Origin: Camelus dromedarius
Lineage: Eukaryota
Length of the DNA stretch: 64,000 nt
Reading direction: 5' to 3'
Assembly (NCBI RefSeq): GCF_036321535.1
Contig: NC_087437.1
Span: 3,844,001-3,908,000 of the forward strand
Part shown: positions 39,120-50,344 of the stretch, one piece after another
Position numbering within the stretch: position 1 is the first letter of the stretch
Layout: each line of letters opens with the position of its first letter
Program-made: the position numbers and the translations under genes
The notes under the pieces: generated by a model
What the model saw: only the letters and a program-made list of their open reading frames with translations
The model's database searches: none
What the model was told of the DNA's origin: nothing

Positions 39120-40148
39120 TGTGTGGGAGAAGAAATTTTCCTTTACCCTTCTAGATTCATCTGGCTAGTCCAAGGATTAAATTGACATGAGATAAATTAA
39201 CAGGAGAAAATCAAACAAAAGTTTAATACTATGCACACATGAGAGAGACCCAGTAAAACTTTGCAACTTGCAAGAATGGCCAAAGCCATCACCTTAAATA
39301 CCATCCTCAGCTAAAGACAAAAGAGGACGTTGCAGTTACCAGGAAAAGCACAGTAGACAAGGTTAAAGTTACGCAGATTTACGTCAGTGATTTTTCCATT
39401 GTTAAGTGTGTCTACTGGGGGTGGGGGGGGAAGCACAATGTGAGAATTGTGAGTTAAATTTTATTTGGGGCAAAAAGAGGACTATAGCCTGGGAAACAGC
39501 ATCTCAGACAGCTCTGAGGAACTGCTCCAAAGAGGCGGGGGTTGGGGGGAGGTCAGTATTACATATGATTTCACTGAGGTGAGTACATACAGTCAAGCAC
39601 ATATTTTGGCAGAGGCTTGTCATTAGTCATGAGGAGCAAATGTCACTGTTAATGATTTTAGTGTTTTCTAGATAAGAAGAGATACAAGAATTTGGGTTCA
39701 TAATATCCCCTGAGAATATCTGACTCTCTGAAGGCTTGTTCCATTGGGTTTTCCCAGAGCCCAGAGAACCTCATGGGTGATCTCTGCCCTGACCTCCTTT
39801 CAAGGAGTGTTGGAGGTCAGTGCTGTAGCGGCTTATGATCTAATCCTTGCAGAGGTAGATGGCCAGTGCCAGTGTGACTCAGTCCTCATAGAGGCAGATG
39901 GCCAGGGCCAGTTTTCAGTTGGCAAGAGTCTGTAGAGACTCTTGGTCTTCCTCCTTTTGCTGGTATAGTAAAGGAGACATCCTTACTAATGGAGATTTAT
40001 TTTTCAAAGGTGAATGTTTCTTATAAAAGGGTAACTTATTTGGTTTTCAGGGTGTTCTCTGTGTCTGCTATTTCTTAAAAAATAACCAACTTAAAACAAT
40101 GAGTATGCCACAGAGACATTTTGGGTTGGCAAATTCTCTTCTCCTACA
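39120..40148 (-). mobile_element. Solo LTR (MER34/39-like) hosting a nested LTR
   Basis: tgtgtggg...ctcctaca; perfect TSD atct. Confidence 0.75.
39409..39924 (-). mobile_element. Nested solo LTR
   Basis: tgtctact...cagttggca; TSD agtg/agag; one end resembles the reverse complement of the 11576 LTR 3' end. Confidence 0.7.
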
Positions 40149-40230
40149 ATCTATGGATGACAGCCTCTGAACTAATCTCTCTGCTTCACTTTTTGTCCTG
40201 CCATGTCATGGTCTACTTCCCACCCCAGCA

Positions 40231-40873
40231 TGGTACCCAAAACTGGGTTTGCCTCTTGGTAGGTGCCAAGCCCAAAGGCACAATCAAGCCAGAGATTGGG
40301 CGAAGGAAGGATTTATTATCACTTTTAGCAAGTAAGGAGAACACATGGGGGCTTTTTCCCAAAGCAGAGTCTCCCTGAACAGAAAAATTGGGAAAGGTTT
40401 AAGCAAAGGGCATATGCATATTCATGAAGGGGCTTGAGCAGAGGAGAATTCAGCATAGAATTGGAGCTAGGGTCAAGAGAGTCCAAGTGTTAGTTGATTG
40501 AACTCACGAGGGTCAGACAAGGTCAACATCCTCATCCCTTAGGTTCCAGTTGATCTGATGCTTGAACAGTTGAGGGGGGTTTAACTTCTGTAGAACAGCT
40601 CAAGAAAGTGCTTCAGGCAGGTCTTTACCATTGAAACAGAACTGGGAGCCTTGACAATGGATCTGTTACCTTTGCTATTGTTACTTCTCTTGCCTGATAA
40701 CAGTTCCTGCATTCTTCTGTTCTTTTAAGGTCAGTGATGGCTGAGACCTGTTCAAGGAAATGCACTGTGGCCAGGTTCGATCCCAAAATGGCTTAGACCA
40801 AAAATGGCTTCTCTTATATCAAGAAAGCCATGCCTGGTTCTCTTTCTCTGCACCCCTACCCCATCTGCTTACA
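40231..40873 (-). mobile_element. ERV1-type solo LTR, family X copy 1
   Basis: Perfect TSD agca; reverse complement of 41156-41748 and 60130-60760. Confidence 0.9.
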
Positions 40874-41155
40874 AGCAGATAGACTTATCCTTTTACATAT
40901 GAATCAATGTAATGTCACATTTTTGCTCCTTACGCTGCAAAAGCTCCCCATCCCCCTTACTGTATATACAAAGTCTTCACAAAGCCCATAAAAGATCCCA
41001 CCTGAGCCAGCTTCCCGTTACCTCTCTGACCTTCTCCCTGTGAGCCCTCCCTCCCCTCCCTCCATTCCAGCCACCTTGTTCTCCTTGCTGTTCCTTGAAC
41101 CCCCTAAGATGCTCTCCTGCCTGTGGGTTTGCTCTGACTGCTTCTTCTGCCAGAT

Positions 41156-41748
41156 TGTGAGCAGACGGTAAGGGGTTCCCCAGAGAAAGAGAACCAAGCA
41201 TGGCTTCTCTTGACACAAGAGAAGCCATTTTTGGTCCAAGCCATCTTGGGGTCTAAGCCTGGCCACAGTGCTTGTCCTTGAACAGGTCTCAGTCATCACT
41301 GACCTGATTGCAGGAACTGTTATCAGGCAAGAGAAGTAACAATAGCAAAGATGACAGATCCATTGTCAAGGCTGCCAGTTCTGTTTCAATGGTAAAGACC
41401 AGCCTGAAGCACTTTCTTGAGCTGTTTTGCAGAAGTTATACCCCTCTCAGGTGCTCAACCACCAGATCAACTGGAACCTAAGGGATGAGGATGTTGACCT
41501 TTTCTGACCTTTGTGAGTTAAATGAACTAAAGCTTGGACTCTGTCAACTGCCCAAGCCCCTTCATGAATATGCATGTACCCTTTGCTTAAAAATTCCCCA
41601 ATTTTGCTGTTTAAGGAGGCACTGCTTTGGAAAAGAGCACCAGCGTTCTCCTTACTTGCTGCAAATGATAATAAATCCTTCTTTCTCCCCATCTCTGTAC
41701 CTTTTGGCTCAACACCCACCCAGAGGCAAAGCCAGTGTTTCGATAGCA
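41156..41748 (+). mobile_element. ERV1-type solo LTR, family X copy 2
   Basis: tgtgagcagac...gatagca; perfect TSD agat; AATAAA near 41670. Confidence 0.9.
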
Positions 41749-42242
41749 AGATGTTCTTCCTTTAGATATGTGCATGGTTCACCCCAGCATCCGCTCTCCT
41801 TTTTAAGAACAGCTTTATTGTGATCTGATTTACATATGTGGATGAAGAATGTCACTTGTCATATCAGCAAACAAAAATGTTGCAGTCATCAAGCAATCAG
41901 TCACTGTAGCTGCCCCTAAATGTGCCCCCTGAGGGGATTCAGGTTGGAGAAAACAGGAGACTGGCCCCAGAGAGTTAAGGTGCAGATCAAAGGAATGATT
42001 TCAATGAGCCCAGACTTGCATCTTCTCATACATAGAAAAGTGCTAAATTCATAAATTTGAGAAGTCTGGTTTTCTTTAATTAACAGTAACTGTTGATGTT
42101 CAAACTATGTGCGTTTTTGTTTTTGTTTTGCAAAAACTCCCATATATCCTGGCTCCTCCGTTACCTCTTTGGAGTCAGGCCCCAGACCTAGCTGAGAGGC
42201 TGTCTTCCCGGTGTAAGTCCTCAGCAAGTCTGTTGAATAAAT

Positions 42243-42260
42243 TGGCAACAACAAAGGGAA
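42243..42260 (+). other. Primer-binding site resembling the complement of a tRNA-Arg 3' end
   Basis: TGGCAACAACAAAGGGAA versus TGGCGACCACGAAGGGAC (recalled tRNA-Arg(TCG) complement): 14/18, two mismatches at CpG positions. Lies immediately after the 5' LTR. Confidence 0.6.
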
Positions 42261-43359
42261 CCAGGGCAGACTTCTCTCCTTCACCTGAACTCTACCAGGA
42301 TCCAGAGCTCTGGTACCAGCAGAGGTCTCTTGTGCCTGTCTGCCTCCTCAGAGAATCCAAATGAATTTGGGTGAGTCTCTCCTGGTTTTTGGATCTCCCT
42401 TTATTGACTGTTGATCCTAAGTTTCATTCGGTGGTGTTAAACTCCCCTCTGAAGGAGGAGGTTATCCTTGAAACTTAGTTTTAAGAAGAAGTTCCTGGGT
42501 TATCCTCAGTGAAAGCCACTGGGAAGATGTTTGCTCAGTTTAGACACTGAGTGGCTTATCCTCAGTTGAAAGACTGGGACTATTTTTCTCATCTGAAGGC
42601 CACTGTAAAGTTGGACTGGGTAATTAGGTGGAAGACTGGCCTGCCATTTTCCCTTGAATTGGCTACTTTAAAAGAGTTTGCTGAAATGAAAGTGATGATA
42701 TCTCATGAGAGCTCTCAGCTCCAAAGAAGGGACATCTCCTCCCAGCCAACATCGGCTTTCTCAGGACAACTGAGAAACTGGCGGGAATGGCAGAAGCCAA
42801 GACCTAACACCGTGCAGTCATCCTTATAGGGAAATCCAGTCATTTTAATTCAAAACTGTCCCTGCCAGGGACACATATAAGAGGGGCCACACTGTGATCT
42901 GAACACCCACAGTGGTCTTAGGCTACCCAAGGGAGAAACCAAGACACATAAGAAGGCTGAAATGATTCTAGGTAAAAACCTAGAGGAGGTTAGCTCACAA
43001 AAGCACATGGGCCCACCACACTGCCATCACCGACCTCAAAATGGGGAACGAAGCTTTCAAAATAAAAGAAAAAGGAACAACAGATTGCCAGCCTCCAACT
43101 CACACTCCAGTCAGGTTTACGTATGTACAAAACTTACATGTACAAGTACCTTCTTAATTGGGAATTAAAGAAAATCTCACCCTGAAAAAGACTAAATGGA
43201 GTTCTTTTATTGTGTATGCAGTTATGTAAGAGAAAGCCAGATTGATAAAACATCTTTTCAGAATTCTGACCTTAAAGAAACAAAAGCCCTTCTACAGGGA
43301 ACTTGTATTTCTCTCCCTGTGCCTTTGAGATGTAAATGTTCTGCCTGGTCTCCTTAGTG

Positions 43360-43382
43360 GTGTGTGTGTGTGTGTGTGTGTG
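43360..43382. repeat. (GT)n microsatellite
   Basis: Seen directly. Confidence 0.95.
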
Positions 43383-44118
43383 CACGTGCATGTATTTTGA
43401 GAACTTGGTCTCTGCCATCTGGAAGGTACACATATGGTGTACATTTGGCAGCCTATCAAATAGACTAGGACTCTGAGCAGTCTTTTGTATGACTGTGCCA
43501 ACTCTTAGGGGCTTTTTGCCATCTTAACCATCATTGCAACAGCCTGGACCAGGAAGGCCTTTACTTTCTTAGACTATTTTGGGGAGTAAATGTTCTGGAT
43601 CTTGTGTAGGCGACATCCTCTGCACTCTCTTGTGGGGTTGCCTCTTGCATCTTATCAGTTTGAGGCCAGATGATGGATCCTTTAAATTGGATAAACACCT
43701 AAACTGGTAAATTTTTAGAGAATTCTCATAATAAACAGCTGTTTTATTGGTACCTATAGAAAAAAAAATTAAAAAGTGGAAAAAACCGTATGTATATAAT
43801 GATTAAACTAAGAGCTCCTTTAGTTTAAAACAAACAAACAAACAAGTTTGGGAAGGCTTATTTGTGCCTTTTCCTTCCCCTCAATGGGTCTTACAGATGC
43901 TAATAAAAACATTAGAGTTAATATTAATCAAGTTGATTAACAGGGAAATAAGAAAAATACTGAAGTGAAAGTCTGGAGATTTTCCTGACAAGGAGGAAAT
44001 TTTAAAGGGACTCTTCTCAAAAGAAAACACTCTAGGTGGTTATTAAGGAATGGGATAAATAACATGGACGTTAATGAGATTAAAACAAAAGATTTTGGCA
44101 CAACATTACCTAAGGTGG

Positions 44119-44587
44119 TGTTACCGAAATACCGGCCCCCGTCCTAACGAGCCAAATTGAAACTCAGAGGCCGAGTCTTGGAGCTTAGAAGAAAAGAGGC
44201 AGCTTTGTTGCTTTGCCGGGCAAAGGGGACTCACAGCAGGGTGGGGCCTTCAAGACTGTGCACCCACCTTGGGTGTGGGGCAGGGCGATTATACTGCCGT
44301 CGCTCAAACAATAAACAGTCAACAGAATCATTTTCTCAGTATAATACTTAGAGTGGCATCGTGATGCCTCCAGGAGACCAATTCTATAGAGGCCAGTGGT
44401 TATCACTCTTTCCATCTCTTTATCTCGTAAGCACCCCAGGTGTGGTCTTCTTGGTACTTAGCCTACTTTGTAAGGTTACAGTTCTGTGACCTTCTCCCTG
44501 GAGAACAAGTCAGAAACCAAGTATGATTATTAGTTTCAATTACTGGAAAAAAGCAGAAACAGTAGAATTAATAGCTTTATTTTAACA
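44119..44587 (-). mobile_element. Solo LTR nested in the provirus
   Basis: tgttacc...tttaaca termini; TSD gtgg/atgg. Confidence 0.7.
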
Positions 44588-44790
44588 ATGGGCCTGGGAC
44601 TGTGAGTAGGAACCGGTCAGTCAGGTCAGTTGACCATTTTAAGGGCAAGCATAAAGATAAGAAATCTGTTAGTCTAAATATGGCCATTTTAATTAATCCT
44701 CTTTCAGTGCAGTGGGCCAAAGGGACCCCCTATCAGTCCCCAACAGTAAGGGGGAACCAAACAATTCTGCTCTGTTTACCCCAGTTTAAA

Positions 44791-44835
<45 letters not shown>

Positions 44836-44852
44836 TATATATATATATATAT
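44791..44852. repeat. Compound (AT)n(GT)n(AT)n microsatellite
   Basis: Seen directly. Confidence 0.95.
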
Positions 44853-45657
44853 TTAAAAGACTGAAAGAAAATTACACTGAGATACCTGATCAACAATTAC
44901 TTGGGGCAAAAGTTAGGCCAATTAATCAAGTTAAAAGATTGACAAAAGGGCCTAAGTCCCTTAGCTCAACCCCTCACTGGGGACCCCAGGGCCTTTTATA
45001 CAAAATAGAGCAAATGGTCTTGGAATTAAAAAGTAAGGAAAGCTTATAGGACTCCTCATAAGACCGAGACTTGTTGATCGGATCCTAATGGCAACTAAAA
45101 TTAAAGGTATAAAAGTTGATAGAACTGAGATGAAAGTTTGCCAAAATTGGTATATTTAAATGGGCTCTATAGAAGACGGTTACATCTCTTTCGCTTCATT
45201 ATTTTGTGGGACTGACATGTTCCACTGGGGAGCGCTTCCCCTGCCTGGTATCATAAGGTATGAATCTGCCCCTCAGGATATACACATTAAACATACTGGA
45301 GGAAAGCAAGAGTGTTACCTGAGCCCAGACAATATTAAAGTAAAATTGAGAGCGAATATTCAGGGGCTAATAAAAATAATAGTAGAGATTTTGTTTGGGG
45401 TCTAACCTGTATACTAAGAAAGAAGGCCTTTGTTGAATGCCTTTTGCAAGCTTTTGAAGGTATGATAAATTGCATGCTAAAATTCTAGAACATGAAATTT
45501 TTTCTTCAGTTTTATTAGGTAGAATTGTTAGAATTTGACTGCACATATACAATGTATTGCATGTAAATACATATATGCAATATACTGTACATGTTTTTTA
45601 CATTTACATATATGAACTGTTCATTGTTTCTAAGAATGTTTAGAGCTCTAGCTTTTT

Positions 45658-45706
45658 TAAAACATTTTTTATTGATTTATAGTCATTTTACAATGTTGTG
45701 TCAAAT
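45658..45706 (-). mobile_element. Tiny L1 3' tail inside the provirus
   Basis: aacattttttattgatttatagtcattttacaatgttgtgtcaaat, flanked by duplicated ttagagct(c/t)tagcttttt. Confidence 0.85.
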
Positions 45707-45774
45707 TTAGAGCTTTAGCTTTTTAAACTTACATAGTTATCAAAGAAATAAAGCCAACCACTAAATTAGAATTC

Positions 45775-46120
45775 ATTCAAAAAGATACATACACTCTGCT
45801 ATTAACAGCAACATTATTTATAATCGCCAAGACATGGCAGCATCGTAAGTGCACATCAATAGATGAATGGATAAAGAAGATGCAGCATATATATGTAATG
45901 GAACACAACTCACCCGTAAGAAAGAAGGATATTTTGCCATTCACTTTTTTTTCCCACTTCAAAAACCAGAATTTTATAACTGGCATAAATGTTTCCATTG
46001 CATCAAAAAGAACAAAATACCTAGAAATAAACTTAGCCAAGAAGGTTACCTATATTCTGAAAACTGTACAACGTTGATGAAGGAAATTTAAGATGATACT
46101 AAGAAATGGAAAGATATCTT
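45775..46120 (+). mobile_element. Two internal L1 ORF2 fragments inside the provirus
   Basis: 45775-45942 resembles the ORF2 C-terminus (aaagatacatacac...gatgaatggataaagaagatg). ~45995-46120 resembles a more upstream ORF2 part (aaaatacctagaaataaactta...aaatggaaagatat). No poly(A). Confidence 0.75.
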
Positions 46121-46936
46121 GGAACGTGGAACTTTAAACTTTCAGTTTAGTTGGGAATCTTCTCACCAGTATAAAAGGCAAATTAAAGAAGGTATAGTTG
46201 GGCAAATCAACCTTTTAATATCATTTAGGTGGCAGACCAGTCCTTTGGAGAATTAAAGGCAACTGTCTTTGTCCTGAAAATCTTGACAAATCAGAAATGT
46301 AAATACAGCCTGCTATGACCTGAGCCCGAGTTACTTAGCTCAGTCAGGTAAAATCCGGAACCAAGAAAGAAAAAGTAGGAATGGAGGAGGGGGAAAGCCT
46401 TTTTAAACTCAAACTACTGGAAGTCTCCTTCCCCCAGAATCTAATTCCTAGCCTCCTTAGGGGTTTATGAAGGACAAATACAAATCTTAAGTCTTTTCCA
46501 CAAATAGCAAAGCCTTAGTCATCTGAGCAAACAAATCCAACTTATTTTAACTGTTATTTATAAGCCAGTTTAAGTTCATATTGTAATACCTGATTCATAA
46601 CTAAGTTTAAAAGTGAAGCGACCAGATCTCTAGTTTTGTCTGTTTGTATGTCTGTGTAAACATTATACATAAGAAATGTCTCTACCTTTAGAAAATATTA
46701 TCAGCATTTATAAAATAATTCTTTTTAATTGACCTAAAAGTAAGCACTTACAAACTAAATATTACTAAATATAAAAGAAACTGACCAAAATAAATTTCAG
46801 GTTCACATGATCTAGGAAATAGTCAATATTAAATTAATATCTGATATTAAAGCTAGCTTTAGCTTGTTGGATTTATCAATCCAGACATGTCTTACTTTCA
46901 TTGTACCTAGGTTCATGGAAGGTCACTAAATTATGT

Positions 46937-47160
46937 TACAGATGGCCAACAGGCACACGAAAAAATGCTCAATATCACTAATTATCAGAGAAATGCAAAT
47001 CGAAACTACAATGAGGTATCATCTCACACCAGCCAGAATGGCCATCATTAAAAAGTCCACAAACAATAAATGCTGGAGAGGGTGTGGAGAAAAGGGAACC
47101 CTCCTACACTGCTGGTGGGAACGTAATTTGGTGCAGCCACTATGGGGGACAGTGTGGAAG
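46937..47160 (+). mobile_element. Internal L1 ORF2 fragment joined to the truncated 3' LTR
   Basis: Encodes [61 protein letters not shown]. No tail or TSD. Confidence 0.9.
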
Positions 47161-47574
47161 AAAACAGGATACTGGCCCCATATAGTTAAGGTGAGAATCA
47201 AAGGAATGATTTCAGTGAGCCCAGAATCTTTTATCTTCCAATACATAGAAAAGTGCTAAATTCATTAACTTGAGATGTCTGGTTTTCTTAATTAACAGTA
47301 ACCTTTTGATGTTCTGATTATCTGTGGGGTTTTTTTTTCTTTTCTGCAAAAACTCCTATATATCCTGGCTTCTCCCCTATCTCTTGGTAACAGTCCCTCA
47401 GAACTACCTGAGAGATTGTCTCTGGGCTTAAGAGCTCAGTATGCCCACCAAATAAAGCATAATTCCCAACTTTTAGGTTGTATATTTTTTTTCAGTCAAC
47501 ACATATCAATTCACCTGTTTTAAATACACACTTCAATGGTTTACAGTATACATACAGTTGTGAAACCATCACCC

Positions 47575-48000
47575 TGTTGAGGCCCACGGTCAGCTGCCCC
47601 AAAATGTGTCTCAATGGCATATTGATTATTTTAAATTAAAGTTGCTTAAGAAATGGTCAATGCGAGAGGGACACTCTCACCCTCCTTTCTGTCTCCCTGA
47701 AAGCAGGAAATAAATCTCTCACGTGAAAGGTACCCTTCTGTTACCAAACCAGGTCCATTTGCCTGATGCACAGCAAGCCAAATGCCGAGATACCGAGGTT
47801 TGCAGCAGAGAAAGGGTTTATTCTCGAGACAGCCAAGTGAGGAGACAAGAGAACAAGTCTCAGATCTGCCTCCCTTGAGTCAAGAGGCTTGGGATAGTTA
47901 TGGGAAAAGCATAGTAACAGTGACTGTAGGTGGGGAAAGGTAAGATAATCAGTGTTCCGTGCAGGTGGGTCTGGGCTTCATGCTTCTGCATATTCAAAAA
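47575..48000. mobile_element. Two truncated, nested LTR fragments (47575-47738 and 47739-~48000)
   Basis: First piece resembles the reverse complement of the right end of the 39120 LTR (tggcatattgattattttaa). Second resembles the 16594 LTR (gcagagaaagggtttatt). Confidence 0.6.
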
Positions 48001-48660
48001 CATCTACATATTTGCCCATTCTGGACATATCATGTACATAGCTTCATACAATGTGTGACCTTTCGTGATTGTTTTTTTTTCCACTCAGCTTGTTTTCAAG
48101 GTTCACTTATGTTGTAGCATCAGTGCTTCATTCCTTTTCACTGCTGCATAATATTCCATTGTATGGCTAGACTAGATTTTATTTATTCACGAATCAGTTC
48201 ATGGACATTTTAGCTGTTATGGCTAATGATATTATGAACCCTGTGCACAGGTTTATGTATGCGTCTATATTTACAACTGTCTAGGGTATATATCCAGGAA
48301 AGGAATTGTTGGGTCATATGGTAGTTCTATATTTAACCTTTTGAGGCTGCCTAGTTATTACCCAGAAGGGATGCACTGTTTTACATTCCCACCAGCAATG
48401 TCTGAGGGCTCCCGTTTCTCTACATTGTCTCCCATGTTCACTGTTGTCTGACTTTTTGATTCTGGTCATCCTACTGGATGTGAAGCATTATTTCATTGTG
48501 GTTTGAACTGCATTTCCCTAACGACCAATGATGTTAAACACCTTATCATGTACTCATTTTGGCCATTTGTATTCTTTCTTGGGGGAAATGTCTATTCAAA
48601 TTGTTCAACCGTTTTTAATTGTGTGATCTGTCTTCTTGTTATTGAATTGTAAGAGTTCTT
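48000..48660 (-). mobile_element. Old L1MB-like element, continuation of 41800-41836 and 47502-47574
   Basis: atttgcccattctggacat...ttacattcccaccagcaatg...tcattgtggtttgaactgcatttccctaa. Confidence 0.8.
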
Positions 48661-48678
48661 TGTGTGTGTGTGTGTGTG
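48661..48678. repeat. (TG)n microsatellite
   Basis: Seen directly. Confidence 0.95.
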
Positions 48679-48829
48679 TTTTGTTTTTCATTTTTTAAAA
48701 TGTATTTTTAAATTTTATAACTGTAGGGGTAGGATAGTGATAATGGAGTTAGGGGACAAATTCATGCCATGAAGTTAATCCCACCTGGTGAACTGGGTGT
48801 GGGGGGAGAAGAGGTAGATATGGGTTTGT

Positions 48830-49500
48830 CTGTGTGTGAGTGGTGGGGGTGCTGTAGAAACTGGGTTTGAATCTTTTAAGTTGGTGAATCCTTAATAGAC
48901 ATCCAAGTGAAAATGTTAAGAGGATCTATGAGCTCTGAATTCAGTCTGAACTGGAGATTGCTTTGGCATTATCTACGTGTTATTTAAAGGCAGGAGACAA
49001 GATGAGCTCTGGAAATTTACTTCGGTAGAGAGAGGGGGCTTCCCTTCTGATCAGTTTGAGGACTGATAGATCAGTCATATATACATATACATATATATAC
49101 ACACACACACACATAAAAATTAATAAATATATATGAATAAATCTGTGAGGCACCTACCTTTAAGGGGACAATCAAAGGAAGAAGCACGGCAAAGGTGATT
49201 AAGTAGGATTGTGGGGGAAATGATGAGAAAGCTAGGAGAGGAGGCCCCCAGCAATCTAGAGAGGAGGATGTTTAAATGAGACCCACTGCACAGAGAATTG
49301 GAAGGTGGGCCCTGGGGCTTAGCATTGAGGGCATCAGTGATCTCAACAAGAGCGGTCTGGGGTAGTAGAGACCAGTCTGTGATGGACTGAATAGTGCAAG
49401 TGAGGAGGGAAGGTACCAAATGAAAAGGGAAGGAAGGAAGGAAGGATGAGTAGGGTGTGTGTGGGAGGAAGTCATTGAGTAAGAAACGTATAGAATTCAG
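48830..49500 (-). mobile_element. L2 remnant
   Basis: gacatccaagtgaaaatgttaag...ttggcattatc...cagtgatctcaacaagagc. Confidence 0.55.
49077..49114. repeat. (TA)n(CA)n microsatellite
   Basis: Seen directly. Confidence 0.9.
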
Positions 49501-50344
49501 TGGCAAATTTCCCATCTAAAAAATGTCTGTGAAGACCATAGCCATATGACTTTGAGCAAGTTACGTCATGTGTACTTCATCCACTAGTTGTGAGTATTAA
49601 ATACTTCTGTTTATTATGAAATGCTTTTAACAGTACCCAGTGCATACTAAACACTCAAAAATTCTCAAAATAAAAGAGAAGCTATTACTTTGATTTTTAG
49701 CATTATGTGACTATTGCCACCCTCACACAGGACAAAAAGTGACCCTGAACTTGAAATAGATTTTTTTGGTGGGGGTATCTCATTAGTACCAGAAACACAC
49801 AAACTAAATAAGGATTGGAGAAGAGCCACAGGGGTGAGAATCTGTGTCCTTATTACTTGTTTTCATCCTAATTGCCATCAGTACTGTCTATCAGGTAGCG
49901 TGGTCTCCTAGGGAATCAGGGTGACTGCATTTCTGATTGGACATGAAATAAACGTTCACCCCTGGGAGGTGTTATTTCTTTCAACTCCAAAGAACCAGCT
50001 GGTGCTATGAAAACAATTGGATTTTTCCACCTCCCCCAGAAAAAGCTTCTAAAGGAGCTCATTCTCTTTTCATGTGGGAACATTTTATTCACAAAAATCT
50101 CGGCTGAGTATCCGTCTAGTGGATTCATTAAGGAGAGTTTGGTACTCCACCTACTGGATCCCCTGATCCTTTTGACCAGAATGAATGCAAATGATTGCAT
50201 GGTTTTTCTTATTGGGAGGGAGGGGAATGCTTTCAAGCAAGCCAATGCAGATTTTTTTTTTTCTCTAAGAAGAAATAAGTGTTACTGGTTCTATGTATTA
50301 TAGACCTTCCTCAGAAAAATCACAGTTATGAGTCCTCCGTCTAC

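Larger units (their letters stand above)
40153..41790 (+). mobile_element. L2 remnant hosting both family X LTRs
   Basis: Spacer 40878-41151 and flanks carry L2-like sequence (ccagccaccttgttctccttgctgttccttgaac). Confidence 0.6.
41837..47501 (+). mobile_element. Degenerate ERV1-class provirus (5' LTR ~41837-42240, internal region, 3' LTR remnant 47161-47501)
   Basis: TG...CA termini with 4-bp TSD cata (41833-41836, 47502-47505). The two LTRs align with each other and with solo LTR 11576-12051. PBS-like tggcaacaacaaagggaa at 42243-42260. AT-rich internal region without intact gag/pol/env. Interrupts an antisense L1MB-like element. Confidence 0.85.

Noticed and set aside
49916..50303. Overlapping 109-aa and 98-aa ORFs in unique sequence
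   Set aside because: No recognisable homology or splice context; lengths are within chance expectation for 64 kb.
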